A stretch of 63,134 nucleotides of DNA, filler included, from Octopus bimaculoides (lineage: Eukaryota), in NCBI RefSeq assembly GCF_001194135.2. It is 4 parts of 4 records of this genome, joined end to end, with 100 filler letters (N's around TTAATTAATTAA, not from the genome) between each part and the next. Parts side by side here need not be neighbours in the genome. Positions count along the whole stretch, not along the records: positions 30,924 to 57,462 come from NC_068998.1; 3 more parts are not named here. One strand, 5' to 3'. Below, in pieces: positions 39,129 to 52,745 of the stretch (within the stretch, counting starts at the first letter, position 1; every line of letters begins with the position of its first letter). The notes under the pieces are model-generated. The model saw only the letters and a program-made list of their open reading frames with translations. It had not been told where the DNA came from and did no database searches. The position numbers and the translations under genes were made by a program.

Positions 39129-39163
39129 CTTTCAGTTGAAGAGCGTAGCTCGAAACGTCAAAG
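39129..39163 (+). ncRNA. decayed hammerhead-ribozyme-like motif
   Basis: CTTT-CAGTTGA-A-GAGC(GTA)GCTC-GAAACGT-C-AAAG. Stems I and II and a GUC triplet are present, but the core has 2 mismatches to CUGANGA. Confidence 0.35.
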
Positions 39164-39709
39164 ACTTTCTCTATTCCCGAGCGTTAAACTAATACATCCA
39201 TTTGTTGTTTACACCACCTGTCTTCGTCTGTTNNNNNNNNNNNNNNNNNNNNNNNNNNNNNNNNNNNNNNNNNNNNNNNNNNNNNNNNNNNNNNNNNNNN
39301 NNNNNNNNNNNNNNNNNNNNNNNNNNNNNNNNNNNNNNNNNNNNNNNNNNNNNNNNNNNNNNNNNNNNNNNNNNNNNNNNNNNNNNNNNNNNNNNNNNNN
39401 NNNNNNNNNTATATATATATAAATACATGCACATATATAAGTTTTTATCGCTGGACCCGTGAAAACTTCACGGAAAATATAAAAAATGTATGCATTTGTA
39501 AAGTGTGTGCTGGTGTTATGAGAAATGTTTCTATATTGTAACACTTACAAAGGATAGAACGGAGTGTAAAACCAATAACTATATAATCCAACCAAAATAT
39601 CTGTTACGTAAACGTAAACAGAATTACTATTTAACCATAAATGACATCGTACGTATTCAAAGAACCTTCTTGGTTTAGTGGTACAGAACATTCTTCTGGT
39701 ATTGTTTTA

Positions 39710-39960
39710 TTCTTTTACTTGTTTCAGTCATTTGATTGTGGCCATGCTGGAGCACCGCCTTTTAGTCGAAAAATCGATCCCTGGACTTATTGCTTGTATT
39801 CCTGGTGCTAATTCTATCACACTCATCTGTCGAACAGCTAAGTTACGGGGACGCAAACACACCAACATCGATGGTAGTGGGGGTCAAACACAGACATAAA
39901 TACACACATATAGATATATACATACAGACATATATACATACATACATACATACATATATA
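39710..39960 (-). mobile_element. SINE family A, 3' half (5' half in gap)
   Basis: cttttacttgtttcagtcatttgattgtggccatgctggagcaccgcc...gttacggggacg. Confidence 0.8.
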
Positions 39961-40654
39961 TATATATATATNNNNNNNNNNNNNNNNNNNNNNNNNNNNN
40001 NNNNNNNNNNNNNNNNNNNNNNNNNNNNNNNNNNNNNNNNNNNNNNNNNNNNNNNNNNNNNNNNNNNNNNNNNNNNNNNNNNNNNNNNNNNNNNNNNNNN
40101 NNNNNNNNNNNNNNNNNNNNNNNNNNNNNNNNNNNNNNNNNNNNNNNNNNNNNNNNNNNNNNNNNNNNNNNNNNNNNNNNNNNNNNNNNNNNNNNNNNNN
40201 NNNNNNNNNNNNNNNNNNNNNNNNNNNNNNNNNNNNNNNNNNNNNNNNNNNNNNNNNNNNNNNNNNNNNNNNNNNNNNNNNNNNNNNNNNNNNNNNNNNN
40301 NNNNNNNNNNNNNTGTAGTTTGTAGAGGTAACGTTAAATTTGCCTGAAAACAAAACATAGTCTTCCCCCAACTAAAGACATGAAGAACTATGAAATAAGG
40401 CGAATAAGTACCGGGGGAGGAGGAGAGAAAAGAGAACTAACAGTCGATCGTTCTAGAACTTCCGGAATGAAAATGTAAACACCTGAAAGACTTTCCCTCT
40501 ATTCATTACTAAATGTCTTTCCTTCTTCTTCATTATTAAAAGTAGAGAAGCTAGAAATGATCGATCGTATTTCAGTCTATTTGTCATTTTAAATGACTGA
40601 GGCATTCCTTTCTCTGTCTCTTTCGCTTCATTTCTTTTCTCTACGGTTGAAAGT

Positions 40655-40980
40655 GAAGGTGCGTGGCTGAGTGGTTAGGGGTATTCGATCCATGATCGTA
40701 AAGTTATGAGTACGATTCTCGGCGGCGCGCTGTGTTCTTGAGCAAGGTACAATACTTAAACTTGTTACAGTCTACTCAGCTGGCAAAAATGAGTTGTAGC
40801 TGAAATTCAAAGGGGCCAACCTTGTCACATTGTATGAGGCTGAATCTCCCCGAGAACTACGTTATGGTATACATGCCTGTGGAGTACTCAGCCACTTGAG
40901 TGTTAATTTTACGAGCAGACTGTTCCGTTGATCAGATAAACAGGAACCTCTTCGTCGTAAGCAATGGAGTGCCATTTTTA
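40655..40980 (+). mobile_element. tRNA-derived SINE family D, near full length (partial second copy 41270-41450)
   Basis: A-box TGGCTGAGTGG, B-box-like gagtacgattctc and CORE-like ttcttgagcaagg. The body tcagctggc..gaggctgaatct..ctgtggagtactcagcc is repeated at 41300-41450. Confidence 0.65.
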
Positions 40981-41638
40981 AAAAAGAGTGTAAGAAAAGG
41001 AAATGTTCCATGTCGTAAGGTAAAAATGTCGTGTTTAGTATAAACAGTGAAAGCTAAGATGAAATAATTGGTATTCCGTCGTGTATTCGCCCTCGACTCA
41101 CGCTCAATCTGATAACAACAGCCTTGCGCATCAGTGTTTATCTGGGGACTTGGCCTCCAGATCTGTGAGACTCGCAAAGCTGCTGTTAGGACTGGATTAA
41201 CACACATGGTGACCCTAACGACTAAAAAGATTTTCCTACCCCGATATAGGATCTTTCTTTCGTTTTCTTCCAACCACTTGAAAGTTTATATTGCTCCAGT
41301 CCATTCAGCTGGCCAAAATGATATGTAGCGGTAATTGAAAGGAGTCAGCCTTGTTGTATTCTATGTGAGGCTGAATCTTCTTGAGAATTACGTTAATGGG
41401 ATGCAAGTCTGTGGAGTACTCAGCCCTTGCGAGTTAATTTTATCTTCGTGTGGTAATGAAAAGTGAAAGTGACACCCAATATTTGCTGTAGCTATTTTGT
41501 CTTTGATTTAACAATGTGTCGATGTATCTATGTATCAACTTTTCTTTCGATCTGTGTATCCAGCCTCTCACTTTCTCTCTCACTTCCTCTATTGCCCTCC
41601 TCTCTCCTACTTTCAATTTAACAATGTGTCTATGTATC

Positions 41639-41734
41639 TATGTATCTACTTTTCTTTCGATCTATGTATCTACTTTTCTTTCGATCTATGTATCTACTTT
41701 TCTTTTGATGTATGTATCTACTTTTCTTTCGATG
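41639..41734. repeat. 24-bp minisatellite (tatgtatctacttttctttcgatc) x4
   Basis: Seen directly; head-to-tail with no spacers. Confidence 0.9.
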
Positions 41735-41858
41735 TATGCATCAGTCTACTCTGAAAATACTGATACACATTTTACCTCTCCCTTCAACTGTAGAAAAGTA
41801 ACAGTAACATCCACACCTATTTGCTGAGAGACAGGCAGAAGGAGACAAAAAGCGTGAT

Positions 41859-41931
<73 letters not shown>

Positions 41932-42908
41932 GACAGAAGAACTGTCAAACAGATAGATAGATAGATAGATAAATAGATAAATAGATAGATATGTAGATAG
42001 ATAGGTAACATTTCTTCTTGTACTTTCCATATTTCAATGGCTTTATCATATATCGTCGAAAACGAAATTTTCCAGCGTTTTCTGTATGAGAATAGTTCCA
42101 TTGTCTTTCACTGTTATTCTTTATCCACCCTCCCTTCTCTCAATCTATCTCTCTAAATCTCTCTCTTTTCTCCTCCTTCCCCTCTCCTTGCCTCTAACTG
42201 TCCTCCTGCGTTTAACGCGTTATATTTCTCTTACCTCTCAGCGCTATCAATCTACCCCTCTTTCTCTCTCTCTATCACTCTCTCTTACTTCCTCCTCTTT
42301 GTCGCTTTGCCCCTTCAATTATAATTCCTCTGCTTCTGTCCCTCCCTTCTCTCCAGCTTTGCCATTCACTTCAACTATATTTCCTCTGCTTAACACCTTT
42401 TATTTCTCTTTTTCTTTGTGCTGCTCCCTTCAAACTTTTTACCTCTCCCTTTGAAATAAGTGTGACACACACAACAAGTACGTACAAAAACAAAAATTCA
42501 GCGTATTAATATTATTGATAAATGAATATTTCATTCTCTTATTAACTGTAAACTTATTTATACTTAACTTTCCTCTCTCATCTCTATTTCCTTTATTTAT
42601 TGTTCTAATTTTATTTACCCATTCTACTTTACCTCTAATCAACCTGTAAACACTTCACCCAAGCATATAACAATACAAATCATAAAGCATAACATTAAGT
42701 CTGCTAAAATGAATTCAAACGCACACATATAATATCCAAATATACATCTTTTTTTTCTTTGATGATATTGTGCTCATGTCACATTGATGTAAATTTGATG
42801 TTTATTGAGCATTAACTGAAACGGCTGTAAGTGAAGATGAACAATTTGCTGTTAATAATAAGCAATTATTAAGTTAGAAATCTCCACTTTCTTCTTTTAA
42901 AAGCATAT

Positions 42909-43470
<562 letters not shown>

Positions 43471-43779
43471 TATGTGTATATATTATATTATATTATATTA
43501 TATTATATTAAAATTGATATACATAATTATAAAAAGGGATCGGAAACCAAGCCTCTCCACGCACTGAAAATAGGCGCCAAATGACTTTAAACCACCTCAT
43601 AAACTCCCAAAACACAGGTTGTAGGCGAGCAAAAGAAGGATAATAGATAAAACTTTTGGTAAATCGTGTATTATCTTAAAGTAATCAATACTGCTATCAT
43701 CAACACAGATATTCCGGTGTAAAAATGTACAAGTATCTACACATTTCCACACGAGCAGCGACGTCGCATAGTAAAAAAG

Positions 43780-43813
<34 letters not shown>

Positions 43814-44053
43814 TATATGTNNNNNNNNNNNNNNNNNNNNNNNNNATATATATATATATATATATAGGGCGAAAGTAAGCAGAAAAATAAGAGAAAATGC
43901 ACATTGGAAATCAAAAAGAAGGTAAGGCTTTTTATGAAAAGTAACGATATATATATACAATTAGATGAACTGATGTAGGAATAAAGGTAATAAAAGTCAT
44001 TATTGTGAGTTATTAAAGAGATTTACAAGCATACCGGTTTCGCGATATTACTA

Positions 44054-45467
44054 GGCTTTCACCATGCTATGGGTTCTTATTTCTTTGTCCTCGAGTTTAT
44101 CCTTCCGATGGATTTCGTTATACCGTATCCTAGAAACAACACCATGTCTCATCGGGAGATAATACCGTGATGACATTTTCGGACAACTACTTATGATGTG
44201 GTCGATATCTTCGGTGTTAACTCCGCAAAGTATAAATCGGTTGTCACATTTTACTGCTTTTCCTGCATCTCTGTCCCTTTTATGCATCAGGTATTTGGTT
44301 GATATTTCTTGTTTCTGGATTGCATACCCTTCAAAATAGGAGTTAGTAATCCGGTTGTTGGTGATCAATGTTACTATCATCTCTGAGCTTTCTACTAACA
44401 TATCCATGCATGGTTTTCTGCTCATAAGCGCTCATCCTTTCATCTGATGATGCATAGCAGTAAAGTCGTGCGACTACTTTGGCCATGTATTTAAGGTTAT
44501 CAGACAAGGAATTCTGCTCAAGGAGCTGCTTTCCAAGTCTCGTGATGTTATCAGCTTCATGTATGCAAACTTGTTCAACGGGTGCACTTCGACACTCGGT
44601 GGTTAAAAGGTGTTGCCGAAGGGATATGATACGACATTCAAAGGCATGCTGAATTGATGTTAAGGCTCTTCCACCTTGTTTTTGTTTTATTATAAAATCT
44701 GGTAATTAGTCATATATTAATTAATATCGATTAATTATCAGTAGGCCAGCACATCTAAAGAATCAAAGAGATTCAGAAATATTATCTGCAATCTCAGGGG
44801 ATTAAGGTACATTTTAAAAAATAACGTGGACCACTAACGTGGACAATTAATGCGTTAGAAATAGATCACATCTTGTGTCTATTAAGACCTAAATTGTTCT
44901 CAACATGAAATATAGCAGCATACCAAAAACGTGAGCGGGCGAGACATTTAAAATCACCTAAAAAAAGCATTAGGCGGTCTATGTCACTGTTGATGTGGAA
45001 ATTATGTGTGCTTGTTAGTATCTTCCAGGTATTAACAGCAATGGCCCAGATCTCATCAAGTGTTCAATGAAGCAGCCCAAATGTTGGTATGAGTACAGGC
45101 ACTGCAAACGCATTGTGGACCACTATTTTATTGAATGCAGAGAGTTCCGAGGTCCAAACTTTCTTTATTCGACTCTAATATTTTTTAGTGATACGTGTTC
45201 TGTTACAGGTGCCATTGTATGATATGTTTTCATCCACCCCTAGTTACCTGTAACATTCCTCATCAGATAGAGGGAAAACAAGTCATTGATGGAGTTGTTG
45301 CTAGTATAGTTTACAGTTTTCCCTCTTTTCACAACCATATAGCAACATTTATCCTGACCAACCTCCAGCCCTATATCCTTTGAGAATGCTGTAACAAGGT
45401 TAAAGCTCTTTTTCATCTCGTGCATATTCTTCGCATATAGTTTTAAGTCATCCACAAAGAAACAGTG
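44054..45467 (-). mobile_element. R4/Dong-like RLE LINE, copy 2 (5'- and 3'-truncated, with ~280-bp insertion)
   Basis: HCFFVDDLKLYAKNMHEMKK (RT DD at 45447-52) through QEISTKYLMHKRDRDAGKAVKCDNR..HIISSCPKMSSRYYLPMRH. Colinear with 21176-22285. Confidence 0.85.
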
Positions 45468-45514
45468 TATGTATGTATGTACGTCAGTTCGTGCGTGTAT
45501 GTCTATGAGTGTGA

Positions 45515-45550
<36 letters not shown>

Positions 45551-46679
45551 NNNNNNNNNNNNNNNNNNNNNNNNNNNNNNNNNNNNNNNNNNNNNNNNNN
45601 NNNNNNNNNNNNNNNNNNNNNNNNNNNNNNNNNNNNNNNNNNNNNNNNNNNNNNNNNNNNNNNNNNNNNNNNNNNNNNNNNNNNNNNNNNNNNNNNNNNN
45701 NNNNNNNNNNNNNNNNNNNNNNNNNNNNNNNNNNNNNNNNNNNNNNNNNNNNNNNNNNNNNNNNNNNNNNNNNNNNNNNNNNNNNNNNNNNNNNNNNNNN
45801 NNNNNNNNNNNNNNNNNNNNNNNNNNNNNNNNNNNNNNNNNNNNNNNNNNNNNNNNNATATATATATGTATATACACACACACATAGTAACCGACTAAGG
45901 GATAAAATTTCAGTATTTACTATCGGTATCAGTTACTCGTGTTATCTCTGGGTATGCAGGCACACTATGCTTGTAGAGTACAGGTGACAGTAGAATAAAC
46001 AAAAGTTTATTAGGAACCAGATTTTAATAATTAGAAGATGCAGAAAACTTTAGATCAACAAACAATTGGACCACGTCTGTAGCTAATTTAATACAAAACA
46101 TGACATATATTTTCCCTAGACCATTGCTAGATCACTCTTTTGCCCCTAGACCATTGCTAGATCACTCTTTTGCTTACTGACTTCGAAGCCCTATGATGGA
46201 AGCTTGTATCATTCAAATATATTAGGCCTCCTGGCTTCTTCTCTAGGCCATGTTTTCTTTCCTATTCCCTCTTCCTTTTGTTTATTTTCTGGATGCTTTT
46301 GTATTCACTCTGATGAAGTTCCATGTTCTAGTTCCAATATCCTATGAAGATGAAGAGTATTATTTTCGCAATTCTTTCGTAGGCACTGACTAACACCGGA
46401 AGCGGAAACGGCCGTAAGAATTGTTATATCACATAAATGTTATGTCATGTTTTGTATTAAATAATAAGCTACGGATATAGCGGGAAATTTAGACAGTAGC
46501 AGCAGGTATAAAAAGGGGAATTTGACATGACAATCAGTCGGACGCNNNNNNNNNNNNNNNNNNNNNNNNNNNNNNNNNNNNNNNNNNNNNNNNNNNNNNN
46601 NNNNNNNNNNNNNNNNNNNNNNNNNNNNNNNNNNNNNNNNNNNNNATATATATACATATACATACATACATACGTATGT

Positions 46680-46835
46680 TTGTCTCCTCGCATCGCTTGA
46701 CAACCGCTGCTAGTTTGGTTATGTTTCCGTAACTTTGTGGGGTTTGGCAAAAGAAGCCGATAGAATAAGTAGCAGGCTTAAAAATCTAAATATTAGACTC
46801 GATTCGTTCGACGATACCCTTCAAAGCGGTACATG
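46680..46835 (+). mobile_element. SINE family A, 3' module fragment
   Basis: catcgcttgacaaccg...ttggcaaaagaagccgatagaataagtagcaggctt. Confidence 0.6.
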
Positions 46836-47093
46836 CAAATGTACACATACAGTGAAAAGAAATAAGGATTAAGTCCAAGCAAGTACTTTGGTAAGTACTC
46901 CGTTTCATAAACCCGGTTAATAGAACGACTAATAAAGAGTAGCAATCCGTTTGTGTTACGCATATCATGTGACAGGTGCAACACTGTAAATTCAAGGTTC
47001 TTCACCAATAAATAGGCTGGTATATTAATCACAGATTATAACTGCAGTCAAATAAAGAATGAAGAATATGTTCATGAGATACTTTAATCGTTA

Positions 47094-49796
47094 ACATGTT
47101 TCGAATGATCCAATAAGTCGTGTCTATTACACACTATGGTTTGCAGGCTTAATCGATCAATTATTTGATCAATTAATAACCCAATTCATGGAACAGTTAT
47201 TCTGCGATACATTCTCTTCGGAGCTTTCAAGTATCTCTCTTTACTCTCTTTACTCTCTTTTACTTGTTTTAGTCATTTGACTACGGCCATGCTGGAGCAC
47301 CGCCTTTAGTCGAGCAAATCGACTCCGGGACTTATTCTTTGTAAGCTTCGTACTTATTCTATCGGTCTCTTTTGCCGAACCGCTAAGTGACGGGGAATAA
47401 ACACACCAGCATCGGTTGTCAAGCAATGCTAGGGGGACAAACACAAACACACAAACATACACACACACATATATATACATATATACGACGGGCTTCTTTC
47501 AGTTTCCGTCTACCAAATCCACTCACAAGGCTTTGGTCGGCCCGAGGCTATAGCTGAAGATACTTGCCCAAGATGCCACGCAGTGGGACTGAACCCGGAA
47601 CCATGTGGTTTGTAAGCAAGCTACTTACCACACAGCCGTCGAATTGTTTGGTGGAAAATAGACGCAATCAGAGTTTGTGGAAGGGAAGACAGCTAATACT
47701 AGACCTAAATTTCCTCTTAATTACTATCATCTTTATGGCGAGTTCATACTCGTGAGAGGTAATTCCCTTATGAGATGCTGGCGAAATGAAGTCCGTGAGA
47801 GAAACGATTGGAAATAAAGCCTGTTCAATGTTTATATTAATCTGTCAGTTAAGCAGTAGAGCCGAGTAAAAATCTAGGTTTAGTTGAGTGCGATCTAACA
47901 TTTAGTAGAAAACAGAATGTGATAAAATTACCTTTCTAAATTACTTGACTATTTAAAGTTAACTATCGTTAAATAGAATTCTATTAAAAAAGACTTAAAC
48001 TGAATTACGTTTGCTGCGCTAATTATAAACTCGTGATTGGAAGGTTGCGTTAAATTTAGAAATTTGATAATATTATTTAGTGAGTATATCAAAAGTGAGG
48101 AATGAAAATCATTAGAGAGTGATTTAATTATTGGGTAAACTAGCTCAACATACGAGTATTTGGGAGAGGATTTTTTGCAAGATTAAATCGTGGGTGGGTT
48201 AATAACCAATAAGTTTTTAAATTGAACTCATTCGAGGCGAAAGGAAATTCCAGTCCTTATTCTGAGCTTATAAAGCAATCTAGACTCAATTTTAATGAAA
48301 CAGGTATATCTAATCAGGATAATGAAAATGATAAAATATCATGTGTCTAGTCAGGATGTAACGGATGATAATATCTCAATGTCTCATATAGTAGCCTACA
48401 ATAAGTGAAAATTCTTATAACTATAAGCCTAATGAGTTATGTCTTGTTGGGTCCGTAGAAAATAGATAACCATTGTTTAAGGGAAAATATATATATTGTT
48501 TGATAAGAACACTTGGAAGTGTCTATCCGTATTCAGGCACTTCTGCTACAAAATTCAAGGCCAAAAGAATAATCGCAAAACTTGCTTTAAATACGGAAGT
48601 AGAGTTAAATAACCCCATACTTAAATTACTTTTTAATGATTCTTATTCTTCACTTCTGATATATCCACTAGATAATGTTATAAACACTCCTTTCCTAACT
48701 ATTTCTAAACTTGACACTGCCTTCCAATCACGAGTTTATAATCATCACACCTAACGTATTTCAGTTTAATTGCTTTTTAAACTTTTAGTTAATAGCATTC
48801 TAGTTAGCGATAGTTAACTTTAAATTGTCAAATTATTTAGAGAGGTAATTTTATTACACTCTGGCATAAATTGCAATAAAAATTACTACCATTATACGGA
48901 GGAGTACTACTATGATAGAGCATGGTTTAGAGTAGTTAACATTATTCACCCTGAGGTTCCAAATGAATTTGGCCAATAACAAAAGGTTTTCTTTACTTTT
49001 ATATAATATTTAAAAGAAGTAATGCGATTATTCATTCTAGCCTCGAATTTTGTAGCGAAATAACCTAAGAAATAATAGACACTTCGAGGTATTATTATCA
49101 AACATTATATNNNNNNNNNNTGTGTGTGTGTGTGTGTGTGTGTGTGTGTTGTAAGAAATCCTATCCCAAATAAACGAAAGTTGAATTAATTAACTCGATA
49201 TTTTTAATGATTGTAATTCTTCACTTTTGATATACTCACTAAATAATATTATCAACAATGTTATCAACATTCCTTTCCGAACTATTTCCCAATATAGCCT
49301 TCCAATCACGAGTTTCTAATTGTTACACTTAACATAATTTAGTTTAATTCCTTTTTAATGTTTTAGTTAATAGAATTCTATTTAACGATATTAGTTGTAG
49401 TTTAACGATTGCAAACTTTAAATTGTCAAAAAATTTAGAAAGTAATTTTATTACATTTTGTTTTGTACTAAATGCTGGATCGCACTCAACTAACCCTATT
49501 AAATAGGCTTTATTTCCAATCGTTTCTCACACAAACTTCATTTCGCCAGCATCTGATGACGGAATTACCTCTGACAAGTATGAACTCACTGTAGAGATAA
49601 TAAAAAATGTGACGAAATTTATGTCTAGTATTATGTCTTCCAAAAAATTCGACAGATATTTGAAAGCACCGACGAGAATAGATCGTGAAATAACTGTTTC
49701 ACAAATTGGGTTATTGATCGATCAAATAATTGATCGATTGAGCCTTCAAACCATAATGTGTAATGGATCCAACTCATTGGATCATTCGAAACATGT
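47094..49796. mobile_element. large foldback / long-TIR element (~650-bp inverted arms)
   Basis: 47094-47237 plus 47638-48180 align with the reverse complement of 49151-49796 (e.g. acatgtttcgaatgatccaat, gctggcgaaatgaag, aaacgattggaaataaagcct). An extra partial arm copy lies at ~48590-48870. Confidence 0.7.
47238..47637 (-). mobile_element. young SINE family A inserted into the left foldback arm
   Basis: Near-consensus copy lacking ~12 nt at its 5' end. Its flanks join up in the uninterrupted right arm (caaatatctgtcgaatt). Confidence 0.9.
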
Positions 49797-49809
49797 ATAT
49801 TTCTTCGAT

Positions 49810-50030
49810 CGAGCTACTACTTCTCTGCATTTGGGAGGTCACAGCTCCGGTTCTACGGGCATGTGATTAGAATGTCGCAGGAAAGAACCAGAAGACGGAT
49901 TCTGCAATCCAAGTCAACCGATAGACCAAGCACAAGATGGTTGGATAATATCCATAAGTCTACGTTGATTATATTTGAGAATCCCACCGGAAAGTCAAGT
50001 GATAGTTATCTCTGATGCCACCCTATAGAC
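49810..50030 (+). mobile_element. RTE-clade LINE C-terminal fragment
   Basis: Translation QLRFYGHVIRMSQERTRRRILQSKSTDRPSTRWLDNI matches the RTE LRW/FxGHVxRM..GRP..RWxD block. Confidence 0.6.
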
Positions 50031-50619
50031 GAGGTGACGACCTTTTCAGGAAGAGTAGGCGGAGAAAATAGACGGGTAAATTTTTTTTTGGCATACCACA
50101 CACACACACACACACACACACACGTGATAGTATCAAACAGTGAGAATGAATGGTTAACGCGGCAGTTGGCGGATACATATTCCTCAATTATGGACTAACA
50201 ATGCTCTGCTGTTAATGGCCCCCGCTTTGGATAAGAATACACGCTAAACGAGATTACACATTCTAATATAGTATATATATATATATATATATATATGTAA
50301 TTAACTAAAAAAAAAACGAAGTAAAAACACAGCAAGTAAAAAACAACGCGAGGACATGGTATATGCAAAGTATTAAAAGACGCTCAAGGAAGGAAAGAAA
50401 GGTTGCTTTACGTTTCGAGCAAAACTTTTTTTTCAGAAACAGGAGACAGAAGAAAGTCCAAGAGAAAGGGATGACAGAGGAAAAAAATCGCCAACAATCC
50501 TCACACGTACACACACACACAAACACCCCTCACACATACACACACGCACACACAAACGTATGTATGTATGTATGTATGTATGTATGTATGTATGTATGTG
50601 TGTGTGTATGTATGTATGT

Positions 50620-51365
50620 ATTTCGGGAGATTATAGTCCCTGTCAATGTATATGTATACAATTATGTGCTCTGACTACATCATTATAGCGTTTTAGCTTT
50701 ATTTTTAGCAGTGTAGGTATGTAGGTGTTTCTAAAACCCTAGTCATGTCTAGTGACAATTGTAACTATTACTGGATTGAAAAGATCATTTTGTGAGACAT
50801 GATTCTTGTGAACCATCATATGTCTTTCCAGAACCGAAATCGATTTGAAAGTCCTTTCACACACTATGCATTTCGAATCACCAGTTGCTCTTTGATGGGA
50901 CTTCAGATGGTTGACAGACCCAGTCTAGGAAAGGAGCACGCAACCACACGTTTCACACCTCCAGCACTTCATGTTCCCGTTGAGGTTCTCTGAAGCCAGC
51001 GCTTTGGGCTTCGTGCTCATGGTGACCTTCTACAACTATTTAACAACCTTCCCTTACACACTTCGTCCACTCAACTCTTTTCAGAGCTTATTCTTCCCAG
51101 TTCTTAAATTGATTTGCAGTTTCTGCAGGCTGCCTTTTGTGCAGTCTTCGTATATTTTGCTTTTGGTTTGGGCTGAGAACGCTTTTGTGCAGTCTTTGTA
51201 TATTTTGCTTTTGGTTTATATTGAGGACACTTTCCAATGTACATTTCATTATAGAACAACTGCTTTGGAATCCTATTATCTATCATGTGCACAACATTGC
51301 CTGCCCAACACATCTGTGTAGATATGATGAATGACTGGATGCTTGTGCATCCTGCCTTTGCATAT
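50620..51365 (-). mobile_element. RTE (BovB-like) LINE 3' fragment with tandem C2H2 zinc fingers
   Basis: MCWAGNVVHMIDNRIPKQLFYNEM..GK, then fingers CETCGCVLLS*TGSVNHLKSH (50895-50957) and CIVCERTFKSISVLERHMMVH (50808-50870). Internal ~48-bp duplication; 3' boundary approximate. Confidence 0.7.
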
Positions 51366-51444
51366 ATATACAGACATATGTCTGCCTTTGCATATATACA
51401 GACATATGTACATACGTATATACATGCACGCATGTATGCATATA

Positions 51445-51875
51445 GGCGCAGGCGTGGCTGAGTGGTACGAAGATTGCCTTTCGGAAACGTTGCACGTTCT
51501 GTCCCACTGCGGGACACCTTGGACAGCTGTCTTCTACTATACCTCAAAACCGAGCAAAGCCCTGTGAGTAGATTTGGTTGACGGAAACTGAAGCCCGTTG
51601 TATATATATATATATATATATAAATACACACACACACACACACACACACGTACATACATACATATATACATGCATGCCTACATACATACATATATACGTA
51701 CGTACATACACACAGACACATAGACACACGTATATGTATGTATGTGTATATAAATATATATATATATTTGTGTGTGCATGTGTGTGTGAGTGTATGTATA
51801 TAATCTATGCTTGTGTAACTTTGTGTGTGTTCTGTTTGTCCCTCACCAGCGCTTGACAACAAATGTTGGTTTGTG
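51445..51875 (+). mobile_element. SINE family A, 3'-truncated
   Basis: aggcgcaggcgtggctgagtgg...tcccactgcgggacaccttggac...acggaaactgaagcccg...(TA/CA)n...gcttgacaac. Confidence 0.75.
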
Positions 51876-52245
51876 TAAGTCTGATGTGGTAACACTGTTA
51901 GGGCCCCTGCTATGAGTAAATTTGTATGTCTCGGAATTGTCTCGGGAAAAGGTGCACTCCACAGACACCACAACAGTTCCAGAGCAAATGAGGTTTTTCA
52001 ACTCTTTAGTTGCTCATCTTAGAGCTGGTATATCCATACAAATCCTGCACCCTGATAACTGTTGGTCTCGGAGCGCTTGTATCAGTGCACTACAAGTGTG
52101 AAGGACGTGAGAATGGGACTGGCTCTGCACAAAACATGCTCACTATAATAACATTCAAAGCCCCCTTCTTAAGTCCAGTAGTAGAATACTGTGCAGCTAT
52201 GCCGAAGAGAGTCCACCATATATATATTCAAACATGCATTCCTTC

Positions 52246-52283
<38 letters not shown>

Positions 52284-52697
52284 GACAAAGCCTGTTTACT
52301 CAGGTCTCCCCTCAAGTAGCAGCTGGTGACAATGGACATAACCTTCTCTCTCTCCTTTTTCCCCCTCTCTCACATTATTTTAAACTCTTTTTAACCTAAC
52401 TTTACTCTGCTTACTTATCTTTGGTTAACTGCTTCATTCTCCTTTTTCACTTTCTCAATTTTTCCTTTCTCTTAATTTCAATATCATTTTCATTCTCCAA
52501 TGGCTTTTCTTTTGCACCTCTCTCCCCCTCTCTTTCTCTCTCTTTCTTTCTCCCCTCTCTCTCGCTGTTTCATTCCCGGTCATTTTTGCTCCCTTTTGAC
52601 TAAATACTTCTCTCACTCCCTTCTCTCGTTTCCCCTTTTCCCCTTCTGCTTATCTGTGTCGATATATCCGACTGCTTATCCATCTATCCGTCTACCT

Positions 52698-52745
<48 letters not shown>

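Noticed and set aside
41639-41734. 24-bp repeats as a CRISPR-like array
   Set aside because: The units are head-to-tail with no unique spacers, in a eukaryotic context.
46114-46173. 30-bp tandem duplication and nearby CAATTCT...GAAACGGCCGTA-AGAATTG hairpin (~46370-46425)
   Set aside because: The first is a simple local duplication. The second lacks a CUGANGA core, so it was not called a ribozyme.
51890-52215. Possible L2/CR1-type RT C-terminal remnant (..FKAPFLSPVVEYC..)
   Set aside because: A single weak motif is not enough to support a call.
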